A stretch of 64,000 nt of DNA, taken from NCBI GenBank assembly GCA_038045705.1, contig JBBSXO010000003.1, forward strand, positions 150,949-214,948. Direction: 5' to 3'. The notes under the pieces are model-generated. The model was not told where the DNA came from, ran no database searches, and saw only the letters and a list, made by a program, of their open reading frames with translations. This document shows, in pieces, positions 49,354 through 57,852 of this stretch (positions are counted from its first letter, which is position 1; the number at the start of each line of letters is the position of its first letter). The position numbers and the translations under genes are program-made. Origin of the DNA: Nanobdellota archaeon (GTDB taxonomy: Archaea; Nanobdellota; Nanobdellia; Pacearchaeales; GW2011-AR1).

Positions 49354-50592
49354 TTACCATGAATATTTCCCTCGAGCATACTTGTACAATGAAGTAACCA
49401 TAATAAATGGATATATTGACAAGTAAATAAGTAAGTAAAACAGTATATTAAAAACATTCGTCTCCTTCTTTCCACGCATATCCATTATACTCAAACCAAT
49501 TAAAACAAATATAAAAGACCAAATAAATAAAACAAGTCCAAAAAAGTTAAGCACTGTAGGATTAATAGTTAAATCTTGAAGTCTAATGATGGTAGTTCCG
49601 CCATAAATAGAATATTTAGTAACTAAAAATTTTATCACTATTCTCTTAAAAAGTAAATAAATAAACATACCCAATCCAAACAATCCAAGAAATAAAGAGA
49701 AGCTAAAAAAAGGAATGATAAATCCACCAAGCATGCCATTTTTGAAAATATAAGATTTATACTTAAATATGCATTGAGTACCACCTATATTCCATCTTAC
49801 TCTTTGTTTCCACCAATGTTTAAATTTGTCAGGAGTTTCCGAATAAACTCTTGCAGGAAAACACATCCTAGCAATATATCCATGAGATTTCAAACGCCAA
49901 ACTATTTCTATATCCTGTGTTAAATTTTTAGTATCGAAAAGACCAACTTCAATTAAAGTTTTTTTACGATATAACGCAAATGGTCCAGGAGTAACATAGA
50001 CTGCATCAACACAATCCAAAAGTTTTCTTGACCAGGATATAATTGTGTATTCAATCATTTGTAATTTTTGCATAAATGTCCTAGATCCTTTAGCCATTAC
50101 TGAACAAGTTACAGCTGCAACATTTTGATCCTCTTGTAAAAATCCAATCATTTTAATCAAAGCATCACTTTGAGGAGCAGAATCAGCATCTGTAACTGCA
50201 ACAAAATCATATTTTGCAGCCATAACCCCTATATTTGTTGGTTCTGCAGCAGCACCAGAATTTATTGAGTTCACAATTAATTTTATTTTATCAGGATATT
50301 TTTCTACATACTTCCTAACTATTTCAACAGAGTTATCTTTTGATTTATCATCAACAACAATAATTTCAATCATTTTTTTAGGATAATCTAAAAGAAGTAA
50401 AGATTCAATTGCTTGTGCAACAGTAGCAGATTCATTATAACAAGGCATTACTATACTGACAGGAACAGGTTTTCCCCTCGGATAATGAAATAGTTTCTTT
50501 CTATTAGGAATCCATATAAAAACAAGAAGACTCGTCATATAAAGTCCAATAAAAAGATATATGTAAAAAATGATTTCTACAAAATTAAACAT
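49354..50592 (-). CDS. processive GT2 glycosyltransferase
   Basis: PCYNE, DDKSKD, DAD, TQD, QRVRW; flanking TMs. Confidence 0.92.
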   Translation of the reverse strand: MFNFVEIIFYIYLFIGLYMTSLLVFIWIPNRKKLFHYPRGKPVPVSIVMPCYNESATVAQAIESLLLLDYPKKMIEIIVVDDKSKDNSVEIVRKYVEKYPDKIKLIVNSINSGAAAEPTNIGVMAAKYDFVAVTDADSAPQSDALIKMIGFLQEDQNVAAVTCSVMAKGSRTFMQKLQMIEYTIISWSRKLLDCVDAVYVTPGPFALYRKKTLIEVGLFDTKNLTQDIEIVWRLKSHGYIARMCFPARVYSETPDKFKHWWKQRVRWNIGGTQCIFKYKSYIFKNGMLGGFIIPFFSFSLFLGLFGLGMFIYLLFKRIVIKFLVTKYSIYGGTTIIRLQDLTINPTVLNFFGLVLFIWSFIFVLIGLSIMDMRGKKETNVFNILFYLLIYLSIYPFIMVTSLYKYARGKYSW

Positions 50593-50593
50593 C

Positions 50594-51157
50594 TTAGTTT
50601 TCTGCCTTCTCTTCTAATTTCTCTGCCAAAGGAAATTTATTTTTATCATCTTCTACATTTCCTACATTAAAATAATTATAAAAACTCTCACTCAAAGAAA
50701 TCTCTGCTGTATGACCTATTCTTTTTTTTCCTATCAAACCCATAGAAACAAATTTTGCAACATGATCATAAGCTTTGTTGCCTCTTATCTTAATTAACAT
50801 TGATTGTTTTATAGGCTGTTTGTATGCAATTATAGCAAGTGTTTCTTGTTCCGCTTTTGTAAACTCAGAGTTCCCCGTAGCAAGCCTATTTACCATATAA
50901 ACAAAGTCTGGGTGAACATCCATCTTCCATAAATCTTCCCTTCTAATAATTTCAACGCCTTTCCCTTTATATTTTTCTTCAAGAGTTCTAAGAATATCTC
51001 TTAGTAATAACGGATTGACATCCGTCAAAGCAACAAGCTCTTTTAAATTCATAAATTTACCTGAAACAAAGAGTGCAGCCTCTACTTTTCTTATATTATC
51101 TATTTCACGAGCTTCATCAAGTTCAGCAATAGAACCTCTATCTGCTAGGTCATCCAT
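50594..51157 (-). CDS. scpB: SMC-ScpAB subunit ScpB
   Basis: VEAALF, ETLAIIAYKQPI, IRG. Confidence 0.92.
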   Translation of the reverse strand: MDDLADRGSIAELDEAREIDNIRKVEAALFVSGKFMNLKELVALTDVNPLLLRDILRTLEEKYKGKGVEIIRREDLWKMDVHPDFVYMVNRLATGNSEFTKAEQETLAIIAYKQPIKQSMLIKIRGNKAYDHVAKFVSMGLIGKKRIGHTAEISLSESFYNYFNVGNVEDDKNKFPLAEKLEEKAEN

Positions 51158-51190
51158 TAAAGCTTAATCTTAACGTAATTTAAAAACATT

Positions 51191-51784
51191 TCAGCTAATA
51201 AAAAATATCAAAAAACCTTCAATAATTGCAGCTAACATAAGCAAAGGTACTACAACTGACAAAAAAGCTCTCAAGGATCTATTAAATCTCTGTTTAAATG
51301 TTGCAATCTTTTTTCTTCCAAAAAAAGAAGCTCCTAAATGAACCCCTAATCCAAGAGAAATGAATATTGCAGGCAACTCAAAAATTCCATGAGGTAAGAG
51401 TCTCCATATTATTCCAAATCCCGCAACAGGTACAGCTTTGGAGTAAACATAACCCAATATAGAACCGTTAAAGATTGCGTTAAAAAATGGCAATATTCCA
51501 AACAAAGCACCAAAAAATAAAGAAGATATTGCACTAGTGACATTATTGCTAAATATAAACCATATCAATTCGAGAGCATCTAAACCTTCAGTTTTATTAA
51601 GAATTTCTTTTAAAGATTTATCAAGAAAACCAAGTTGATCAGAATTAAAATATCCAAAAATAGAACTAGCAAAAAAGACTAGAATAATAATATAGATATA
51701 TTTCTTTTGAAGAGAAATATAATTCAGAGAATCATTAAATAATTCAGCAAATTCAGATTTCCAATTTTTAGTTTTTTTAACCAT
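51191..51784 (-). CDS. SpoIIM/DUF95 membrane protein
   Basis: IFSNN, LPHGIFELPA, AAIIEG. Confidence 0.9.
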   Translation of the reverse strand: MVKKTKNWKSEFAELFNDSLNYISLQKKYIYIIILVFFASSIFGYFNSDQLGFLDKSLKEILNKTEGLDALELIWFIFSNNVTSAISSLFFGALFGILPFFNAIFNGSILGYVYSKAVPVAGFGIIWRLLPHGIFELPAIFISLGLGVHLGASFFGRKKIATFKQRFNRSLRAFLSVVVPLLMLAAIIEGFLIFFIS

Positions 51785-52635
51785 TATTTAATCATCCTAT
51801 TAAGTAATTTAACCTTTTGCTTATATTTAGATCTAAGATATGTTCCATAGAACAAACCAGCAACAAGACCACCAAAATGAGCCATATTACCAATAGGCAA
51901 TTTAACGAAAAAACCTATTATCAATAAAGGAACAATTGCAATTATAGGAGCCAACCAAAAAGGTAAACTCAATGGTAAAGCAATCTTTCTAAAAGAATTA
52001 TTAAATGAAAACATTGAGAAGATCATCAAAAATATCAAAATACCTCCGACAATATCTATAAAATTAGACTGAGATGGAAAAATTCCTGCAATCAAAACTT
52101 GCAAAACTATAACTATTAAAGGACCAATAATAAGATAGACTTTCTTCTTAGGTAATAATGTTGCTAATATGCCTAGTAAACCAAAAATAGCTCCGCTAGC
52201 CCCAACTGCAAAATCATCTAAACCACCAAAAATAAAATCTCCTCTAGTAAAGAAACTACCAAAATAAGCAAATAAAACAAAAAATAAACCTCCTATAATT
52301 CCCGCAATTAAGTAAATCCAAATAAAACGCTTACGACCTATTATTCGTTCAGTTAAGCTACCCAAAAAGAAAAGAGAAAGCATATTTACAAACAAATGAA
52401 AAAAACTCCCATGCATAAACATGCTAGTAAAAATTGTCCAAACATACTGCCCAGATAAAACTAAAGATGGTTTAACAGCAATAAAGTTAATTAAACTAGA
52501 ATAAAAAATAGATATAATAGAAAAGATAAAAAATAAAATTACATTTAAAATTATGATTGCATTAGTTACAGTTAGACCAAAACCTTTTTTTCTGGACACA
52601 GCCGAGCTACCTCTAAAATCTTGCCTATAAACCAT
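51784..52635 (-). CDS. rhomboid intramembrane serine protease
   Basis: SMFMHG..HLFVNM, GASGAIFG, AHFGG. Confidence 0.93.
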   Translation of the reverse strand: MVYRQDFRGSSAVSRKKGFGLTVTNAIIILNVILFFIFSIISIFYSSLINFIAVKPSLVLSGQYVWTIFTSMFMHGSFFHLFVNMLSLFFLGSLTERIIGRKRFIWIYLIAGIIGGLFFVLFAYFGSFFTRGDFIFGGLDDFAVGASGAIFGLLGILATLLPKKKVYLIIGPLIVIVLQVLIAGIFPSQSNFIDIVGGILIFLMIFSMFSFNNSFRKIALPLSLPFWLAPIIAIVPLLIIGFFVKLPIGNMAHFGGLVAGLFYGTYLRSKYKQKVKLLNRMIK

Positions 52636-52638
52636 CAG

Positions 52639-53292
52639 TTATTTCTTCTTCCTCTTCTTTGATACGTTTTTCTTAACAGTCTTTTTTTTCTTTTTTATAG
52701 GTTTTGATTTGTCAGATTTTTTAGGTTTCTTTTTCTCAACTTTTTCTTTTTTAACTAATCTAGATGAAACAATTTTATCAATTTCAAGCTGAATTTGAGA
52801 AGCTTTATCAGTCATCTTTTGGATAACTTTTTCAATCTCCTTTATTCCCTCGACAGAATCTTTTAGAGAATAAACCTCACCACATTCAGTACAAGTAAAC
52901 TCATTAAGTAAAGCTTGCTCATCAGAAACTTCAATATCACAATTTTTACAGATATAAAACTGCTTTGTTTTTCTAGCAACAAGAATTTCTTCTTGGTGTT
53001 TAATTTCTTTAGAAATAGATTCTTTATAATTCACAAGACATTTGTGTTCGTCAAGAGTCCAGAAATAAGTGTACCACCCACCACTCTTCAAATCTTTCTT
53101 TCTCATAAAACGCACTAACCCACTATCTGCAAGCTTGTAAAGTATATTCCTTGTCTGATTTATAGTCAGATTAAGTTTCTTAGCAATAAGAAATTCATTA
53201 ACATTCTTTTTATTAAACAAAACATCAACTATTTTATCAGTACCTGATCCAGCGACAATAGAAACATATTCCTTTAAAAATCTCTCAAGCAT
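52639..53292 (-). CDS. tfe: transcription factor E alpha
   Basis: wHTH RNILYKL..GWYTYFW, CKNC..FTCTECG; Lys-rich tail. Confidence 0.9.
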   Translation of the reverse strand: MLERFLKEYVSIVAGSGTDKIVDVLFNKKNVNEFLIAKKLNLTINQTRNILYKLADSGLVRFMRKKDLKSGGWYTYFWTLDEHKCLVNYKESISKEIKHQEEILVARKTKQFYICKNCDIEVSDEQALLNEFTCTECGEVYSLKDSVEGIKEIEKVIQKMTDKASQIQLEIDKIVSSRLVKKEKVEKKKPKKSDKSKPIKKKKKTVKKNVSKKRKKK

Positions 53293-53396
53293 GAAAAGAT
53301 TTGAATAAACTGACAATAAAAACCTTTCTAAAAAATATGTCACTCCTATGTAATTAAGATAAACCTATATAAATAAACTTGAAAATATATGAAAAT

Positions 53397-53993
53397 ATGT
53401 TTGGAAAAAAGAAAGAGAATGGTGGAGAACTTCCGGATTTGCCTATGTCAGGAGCACCTTCAATGAGAGACTATCAAAGGACAATGCTACCGCCAATAGA
53501 ATCACAACAAGACTCAGAGGTTCACGGATTACCATCATTCCCAGACTCCCTAATGAATAAAGGTTTTAGTCAGAGTATGATAAAAAGTGCAGTTGAAGAT
53601 GAAGATAAAAATCTACCTGAATTACCTGAATGGGATCAAGAATCAATTCAAGCAAAACCAGTTAGAACAATGGAATTAGATGAATGGACTCCAAGAGCGT
53701 CCCCTCAGAGACAACAGAACAAACAAATGATGTCTGAAAGCTTAAAAATGTCATCAAATCAACAGATAAATGACAAAAGACCAATTTTTGTAAAGCTAGA
53801 TAAATTCAAAGAGGCTCGTGAATCTTTAGTAAAAATTTCAGAAAAGTTAGATCAAATGGATGAATTATTAAAAATGATTAAAGATTTAAAATCAAAAGAA
53901 GATGAAGAGATAAACAGTTGGGAAAAAGATATTGAAAGTATAAAAGCAAGAATACTTTTTATCAATAAAGAGATTTTTGAAAATGCCTACTGA
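53397..53993 (+). CDS. hypothetical protein (Pro-rich disordered N-terminus, coiled-coil C-terminus)
   Basis: LPxxP repeats; PIFVKLDKF followed by coiled coil. Confidence 0.75.
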   Translation: MFGKKKENGGELPDLPMSGAPSMRDYQRTMLPPIESQQDSEVHGLPSFPDSLMNKGFSQSMIKSAVEDEDKNLPELPEWDQESIQAKPVRTMELDEWTPRASPQRQQNKQMMSESLKMSSNQQINDKRPIFVKLDKFKEARESLVKISEKLDQMDELLKMIKDLKSKEDEEINSWEKDIESIKARILFINKEIFENAY

Positions 53994-54315
53994 AGAACAG
54001 TTTATTGGTCTTGAGAAACCACATGTTGTTGCAGGAAAAAAACATTTATTGTATTGTGAAATGGAAGTTCTTACCTCATTAAAAAAATATAATAATTATA
54101 AGAAATTTAGAAAAGAAGAGCTATCCTTAAAGAATCTTCTTAAAAAAGTAATAACTGACATGAAAAAAGAAATGGAAAATATGACTCAATATATTCCCCA
54201 AATAAAAATTAAAGAGGTAAAACCAGAAATAATAAAGGTTGCTCCTGAAAAGCGAGATTCTTTAGAAATAGAAATACAGAATATAAGAAGAAAGATAGCT
54301 ATGCTTGGAGCATGA
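53983..54315 (+). CDS. hypothetical coiled-coil protein
   Basis: overlaps upstream ORF; typical composition. Confidence 0.72.
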   Translation: MPTEEQFIGLEKPHVVAGKKHLLYCEMEVLTSLKKYNNYKKFRKEELSLKNLLKKVITDMKKEMENMTQYIPQIKIKEVKPEIIKVAPEKRDSLEIEIQNIRRKIAMLGA

Positions 54316-54354
54316 TCAACTAATATTTAAAAACAGTGTAAGCTCGCAATATAT

Positions 54355-56169
54355 ATGATAACTAGACAAGAATTAATAAAAAAATATTTGGAATTCTTTA
54401 AATCAAAAAATCATAATAATATTACTAATTCGTCTTTAATCCCTACAAATGACCCAACAGTATTATTTACAACAGCAGGAATGCATCCTCTAGTTCCATA
54501 TCTAAGTGGACAGATACACCCCTTAGGTAAAAGGCTCGTAAACATACAGAGATGCATTAGAACAGGGGATATAGATGAAGTAGGAGATACTACACACCAT
54601 ACTTTCTTTGAAATGTTAGGCAACTGGTCTTTAGGAGACTATTGGAAAGAAGATGCAATTAAATACACATTTGAATTTCACACAAAAATTTTGAGAATAC
54701 CTTTAAAAAAATATGCAGTCACATGTTTCGGGGGAGACAAAAGAGTTCCACAAATCCCAAGAGATGAAGAATCGTTTAAAATTTGGATTTCATTAGGAAT
54801 TCCAAAAGAAAGAATAGCATTTTTAGAAGGTGGAGTATTTGAATCCAAAGATAACTGGTGGGGACCAGCAGGAACAACAGGTACATGTGGTCCTTCAACA
54901 GAAATGTTTTATTGGAAAGATAATAAGAAGCCTACACCTAAAGTCTTCAATCCAAGAGATGAAAATTGGGTAGAAATAGGAAATGATGTTTTAATGCAAT
55001 ATATTAAAGATAAAAAAGAGAATTATAGTTTAACAAATCAAAGAAATATAGATTTTGGAGGAGGAGTTGAAAGAACCCTGGCAGTCCTAAATGGTTTTGA
55101 CGACAATTATCTAACTGAAATATGGCAACCTATAATAAAAGAAATAGAAAAAATTTCACATAAAAAATATGAAGATTATAAAAAAGAAATGAGAATAATT
55201 GCAGATCACATTAAAGCAGCAGTTTTTATACTTGGTGATGAAAATTCAATAACTCCTACAAACATAGGTCAAGGATATGTCTTAAGAAGATTAATCAGAC
55301 GTGCTATAAGATATGGTAAAATTCTAAATATAGAAATAAATTTCACAACAATAATAGCCGAAAGGGTGATAGAAATTTACAGAGATTATGATAATTTAAT
55401 AAAAAACAAAGAAATAGTCTTAAGAGAAATAGACAAAGAAGAATTAAAATTCAGAAGCACCGTTGAAAAAGGAATAAGACAATTTGAGAAGCTAGCACAA
55501 AGTCAAAACAGTATTTCAGGAAAAGAAGCATTTCTCTTATTCCAATCATTTGGTTTTCCAATAGAAATGACAATAGAAATGGGAAAAGAAAGGAATATTG
55601 ATGTAGATAAAAAAGGATTTGAAGAAGAATACAAAAAACATCAAGAACTTTCACGAACAATATCTGCTGGAACATTTAAATCAGGTTTAGCAGATCACTC
55701 AGAAAAAACAACAAGACTTCACACAACAACCCATCTTCTAAACGAGGCTCTATCAAGAGTTCTTGGTCCAGAAGTAGCTCAAAGAGGTTCTAATATTACC
55801 ACAGAACGTACAAGATTTGACTTCGTATTTTCAAGAAAACTAACAAATGAAGAAATAACAAAAATAGAGTATATGGTAAATAACATAGTAAAAAAAGCAT
55901 TACTTGTAAAATCGGAAGAACTCTCATACAAAGAAGCAACATCTAGTGGTGCAAAAGGAGAATTCGGTCACAAATACCCAGAAAGAGTCTCTGTTTACAC
56001 AGTAATAGATGAAGATGAAAAAAGAGGATATTTCAGTAGAGAAATCTGCACAGGTCCACACGTGAAGAACACAAAAGAAATAGGTAAAATAAAAATTATA
56101 GAACAATCATCAGTTTCAGCAGGTGTAAGAAGAATTAAAGCGATAGTTGAAGATCAACTAAAAGCATAA
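54355..56169 (+). CDS. alaS: alanyl-tRNA synthetase (short form, no C-Ala domain)
   Basis: LFTTAGM, HHTFFEMLGNWS, DFGGGVER, editing HTTTH..CTGPH, GVRRI. Confidence 0.96.
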   Translation: MITRQELIKKYLEFFKSKNHNNITNSSLIPTNDPTVLFTTAGMHPLVPYLSGQIHPLGKRLVNIQRCIRTGDIDEVGDTTHHTFFEMLGNWSLGDYWKEDAIKYTFEFHTKILRIPLKKYAVTCFGGDKRVPQIPRDEESFKIWISLGIPKERIAFLEGGVFESKDNWWGPAGTTGTCGPSTEMFYWKDNKKPTPKVFNPRDENWVEIGNDVLMQYIKDKKENYSLTNQRNIDFGGGVERTLAVLNGFDDNYLTEIWQPIIKEIEKISHKKYEDYKKEMRIIADHIKAAVFILGDENSITPTNIGQGYVLRRLIRRAIRYGKILNIEINFTTIIAERVIEIYRDYDNLIKNKEIVLREIDKEELKFRSTVEKGIRQFEKLAQSQNSISGKEAFLLFQSFGFPIEMTIEMGKERNIDVDKKGFEEEYKKHQELSRTISAGTFKSGLADHSEKTTRLHTTTHLLNEALSRVLGPEVAQRGSNITTERTRFDFVFSRKLTNEEITKIEYMVNNIVKKALLVKSEELSYKEATSSGAKGEFGHKYPERVSVYTVIDEDEKRGYFSREICTGPHVKNTKEIGKIKIIEQSSVSAGVRRIKAIVEDQLKA

Positions 56170-56921
56170 ACCAAACTAACAATCCCCAAAACCAGTGTAT
56201 AAAATCCGAACCACCTCAAATTCTTTCTATTACTAAGGATATATTTAAAAGAAAATGTCATAAATATCAAACCCAAAACAAAACAAACAACAGTAGGAAA
56301 CAAATATTCAATAGGAATAGTTTCATTTCCAAAAGTAACTAAGTTGGCTCCAAATATAACTGGGATAGAAAGTAAATAAGAGAATTTTATTGCATCTTTT
56401 TCATTCAATCCGAAAAACAATCCTGAAGAGATAGTCATTCCGCTTCTGGAAACTCCAGGAATAAGAGCAAGCATTTGAGCAATTCCAATCATAAAAGCAT
56501 GCATATAACCAATATCTTTTTTGTTTTTCTTAGGTGTAAAACTTCCGATAAATAAAGTAACGCTGGTAATTACCCAACCAAAACCTAAAATAAAAAGACC
56601 AGATGATAGCTCAAAATAACTTCTAAAAATAAATCCAAATATTCCAGCAGGAATACTGGCAACTAAAAGCAAAAAACCAAGACGAGAGTTAGAAGTCTTC
56701 CAATTACCTTGTAAAAAATCTCTAAATATACTTACTATATCATTTCTAAAATAAACAAAAACAGCCATTAGTGTACCAAAATGCAAAGCAACTTGCAAAT
56801 CAAGGCCATTATCTAAACCAAGAATATTCTGAAATAAAGAAAGATGTCCGGAACTAGAAACAGGAAACCATTCAAGGATTCCTTGAACAAATGCCAAAAT
56901 TAAGGCAGAAGTTAAATCCAT
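56154..56921 (-). CDS. uppP: undecaprenyl-diphosphate phosphatase (BacA)
   Basis: QGILEWFPVSSSGH, PGVSRSGMTI. Confidence 0.95.
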   Translation of the reverse strand: MDLTSALILAFVQGILEWFPVSSSGHLSLFQNILGLDNGLDLQVALHFGTLMAVFVYFRNDIVSIFRDFLQGNWKTSNSRLGFLLLVASIPAGIFGFIFRSYFELSSGLFILGFGWVITSVTLFIGSFTPKKNKKDIGYMHAFMIGIAQMLALIPGVSRSGMTISSGLFFGLNEKDAIKFSYLLSIPVIFGANLVTFGNETIPIEYLFPTVVCFVLGLIFMTFSFKYILSNRKNLRWFGFYTLVLGIVSLVYAFS

Positions 56922-56955
56922 GAAATATTAAAAAAAATAAAGTTAAAAAAACCTC

Positions 56956-57111
56956 CTATTCATCTGCTTCTTCAGCAATACCTGCAACACCATGAATTAC
57001 ATCCAATACGTTGCGTTCTTCAGGAGTTATTCCGTAAAAAGAGTCTACAACTTCTAGCTTTTCAACAATCGCTACTACTCTTCTATCACGCAAACTTTGT
57101 ATTCCAGTCAT
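56956..57111 (-). CDS. 51-aa acidic small protein (not in ORF track)
   Basis: GGAGGTGA RBS just before ATG; MTGIQSLRDRRVVAIVEKLEVVDSFYGITPEERNVLDVIHGVAGIAEEADE*; T-run after stop. Confidence 0.7.
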   Translation of the reverse strand: MTGIQSLRDRRVVAIVEKLEVVDSFYGITPEERNVLDVIHGVAGIAEEADE

Positions 57112-57271
57112 GTCATCACCTCCACAATCCTAGAATGAAAGAACTTTATATACAAACAATAAACAGTAACATATCATTCAAAGAATATCGATTATTAAAT
57201 AGCAAACAACTAAAAAGTAATAATTAATTAATTTATAAACAGTTTCACCAAAGAAAGACAGATAAATGTAA

Positions 57272-57781
57272 CTAAGGAAATCTCAAATGAGTTGTATCGT
57301 TAAGATAAGCAATTCTCCATATTCCAGTGCCATCAACATGATGATATTCTAACAAAGAAATACTTCCATGACTTAATGAAAAGTGTTTTGTTGTGTCTAA
57401 ATTAAATCCAGCAAGTCTACTTATTATTGCTCTGTGTATTCCCCCACCTATTGTAATGATAACATCCTTTCCCACACTAATGATTTCATCAACAAACAAA
57501 TTAACATTTTCTAAGTTCTCAATATCTCCTTCTTTAAAATCTCCTAAAATAACAGATTTGTTAATTTCAACAAATCTTTCATCACTAAAGATAGGAACCT
57601 TCAAAGACTTACTCAATATATTCCCAGTTTGTCTTGAGATATTATGACCGTTTACATAAATTCTATCAACATTGATTTTATGATTAACAAGACTTCTAAT
57701 AAGAGATTTAAGTTGCCAAACACCATTTGAAGTCAGTTCACCAGACTTATTTTCACCAGGGTGTACAAAATAAATTTTCAT
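57272..57781 (-). CDS. histidine phosphatase-fold protein (degenerate active site)
   Basis: KIYFVHPGE..LT..G..Q, RQT, ERFVE, LNDTTHL; RHG and second His absent. Confidence 0.75.
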   Translation of the reverse strand: MKIYFVHPGENKSGELTSNGVWQLKSLIRSLVNHKINVDRIYVNGHNISRQTGNILSKSLKVPIFSDERFVEINKSVILGDFKEGDIENLENVNLFVDEIISVGKDVIITIGGGIHRAIISRLAGFNLDTTKHFSLSHGSISLLEYHHVDGTGIWRIAYLNDTTHLRFP

Positions 57782-57852
57782 GTCGTATTTCCTCTTTTGA
57801 TTTTTTCAGAAACAATCTCAAATCAGACCCATTTTTAAATTTTGTTCAATTA

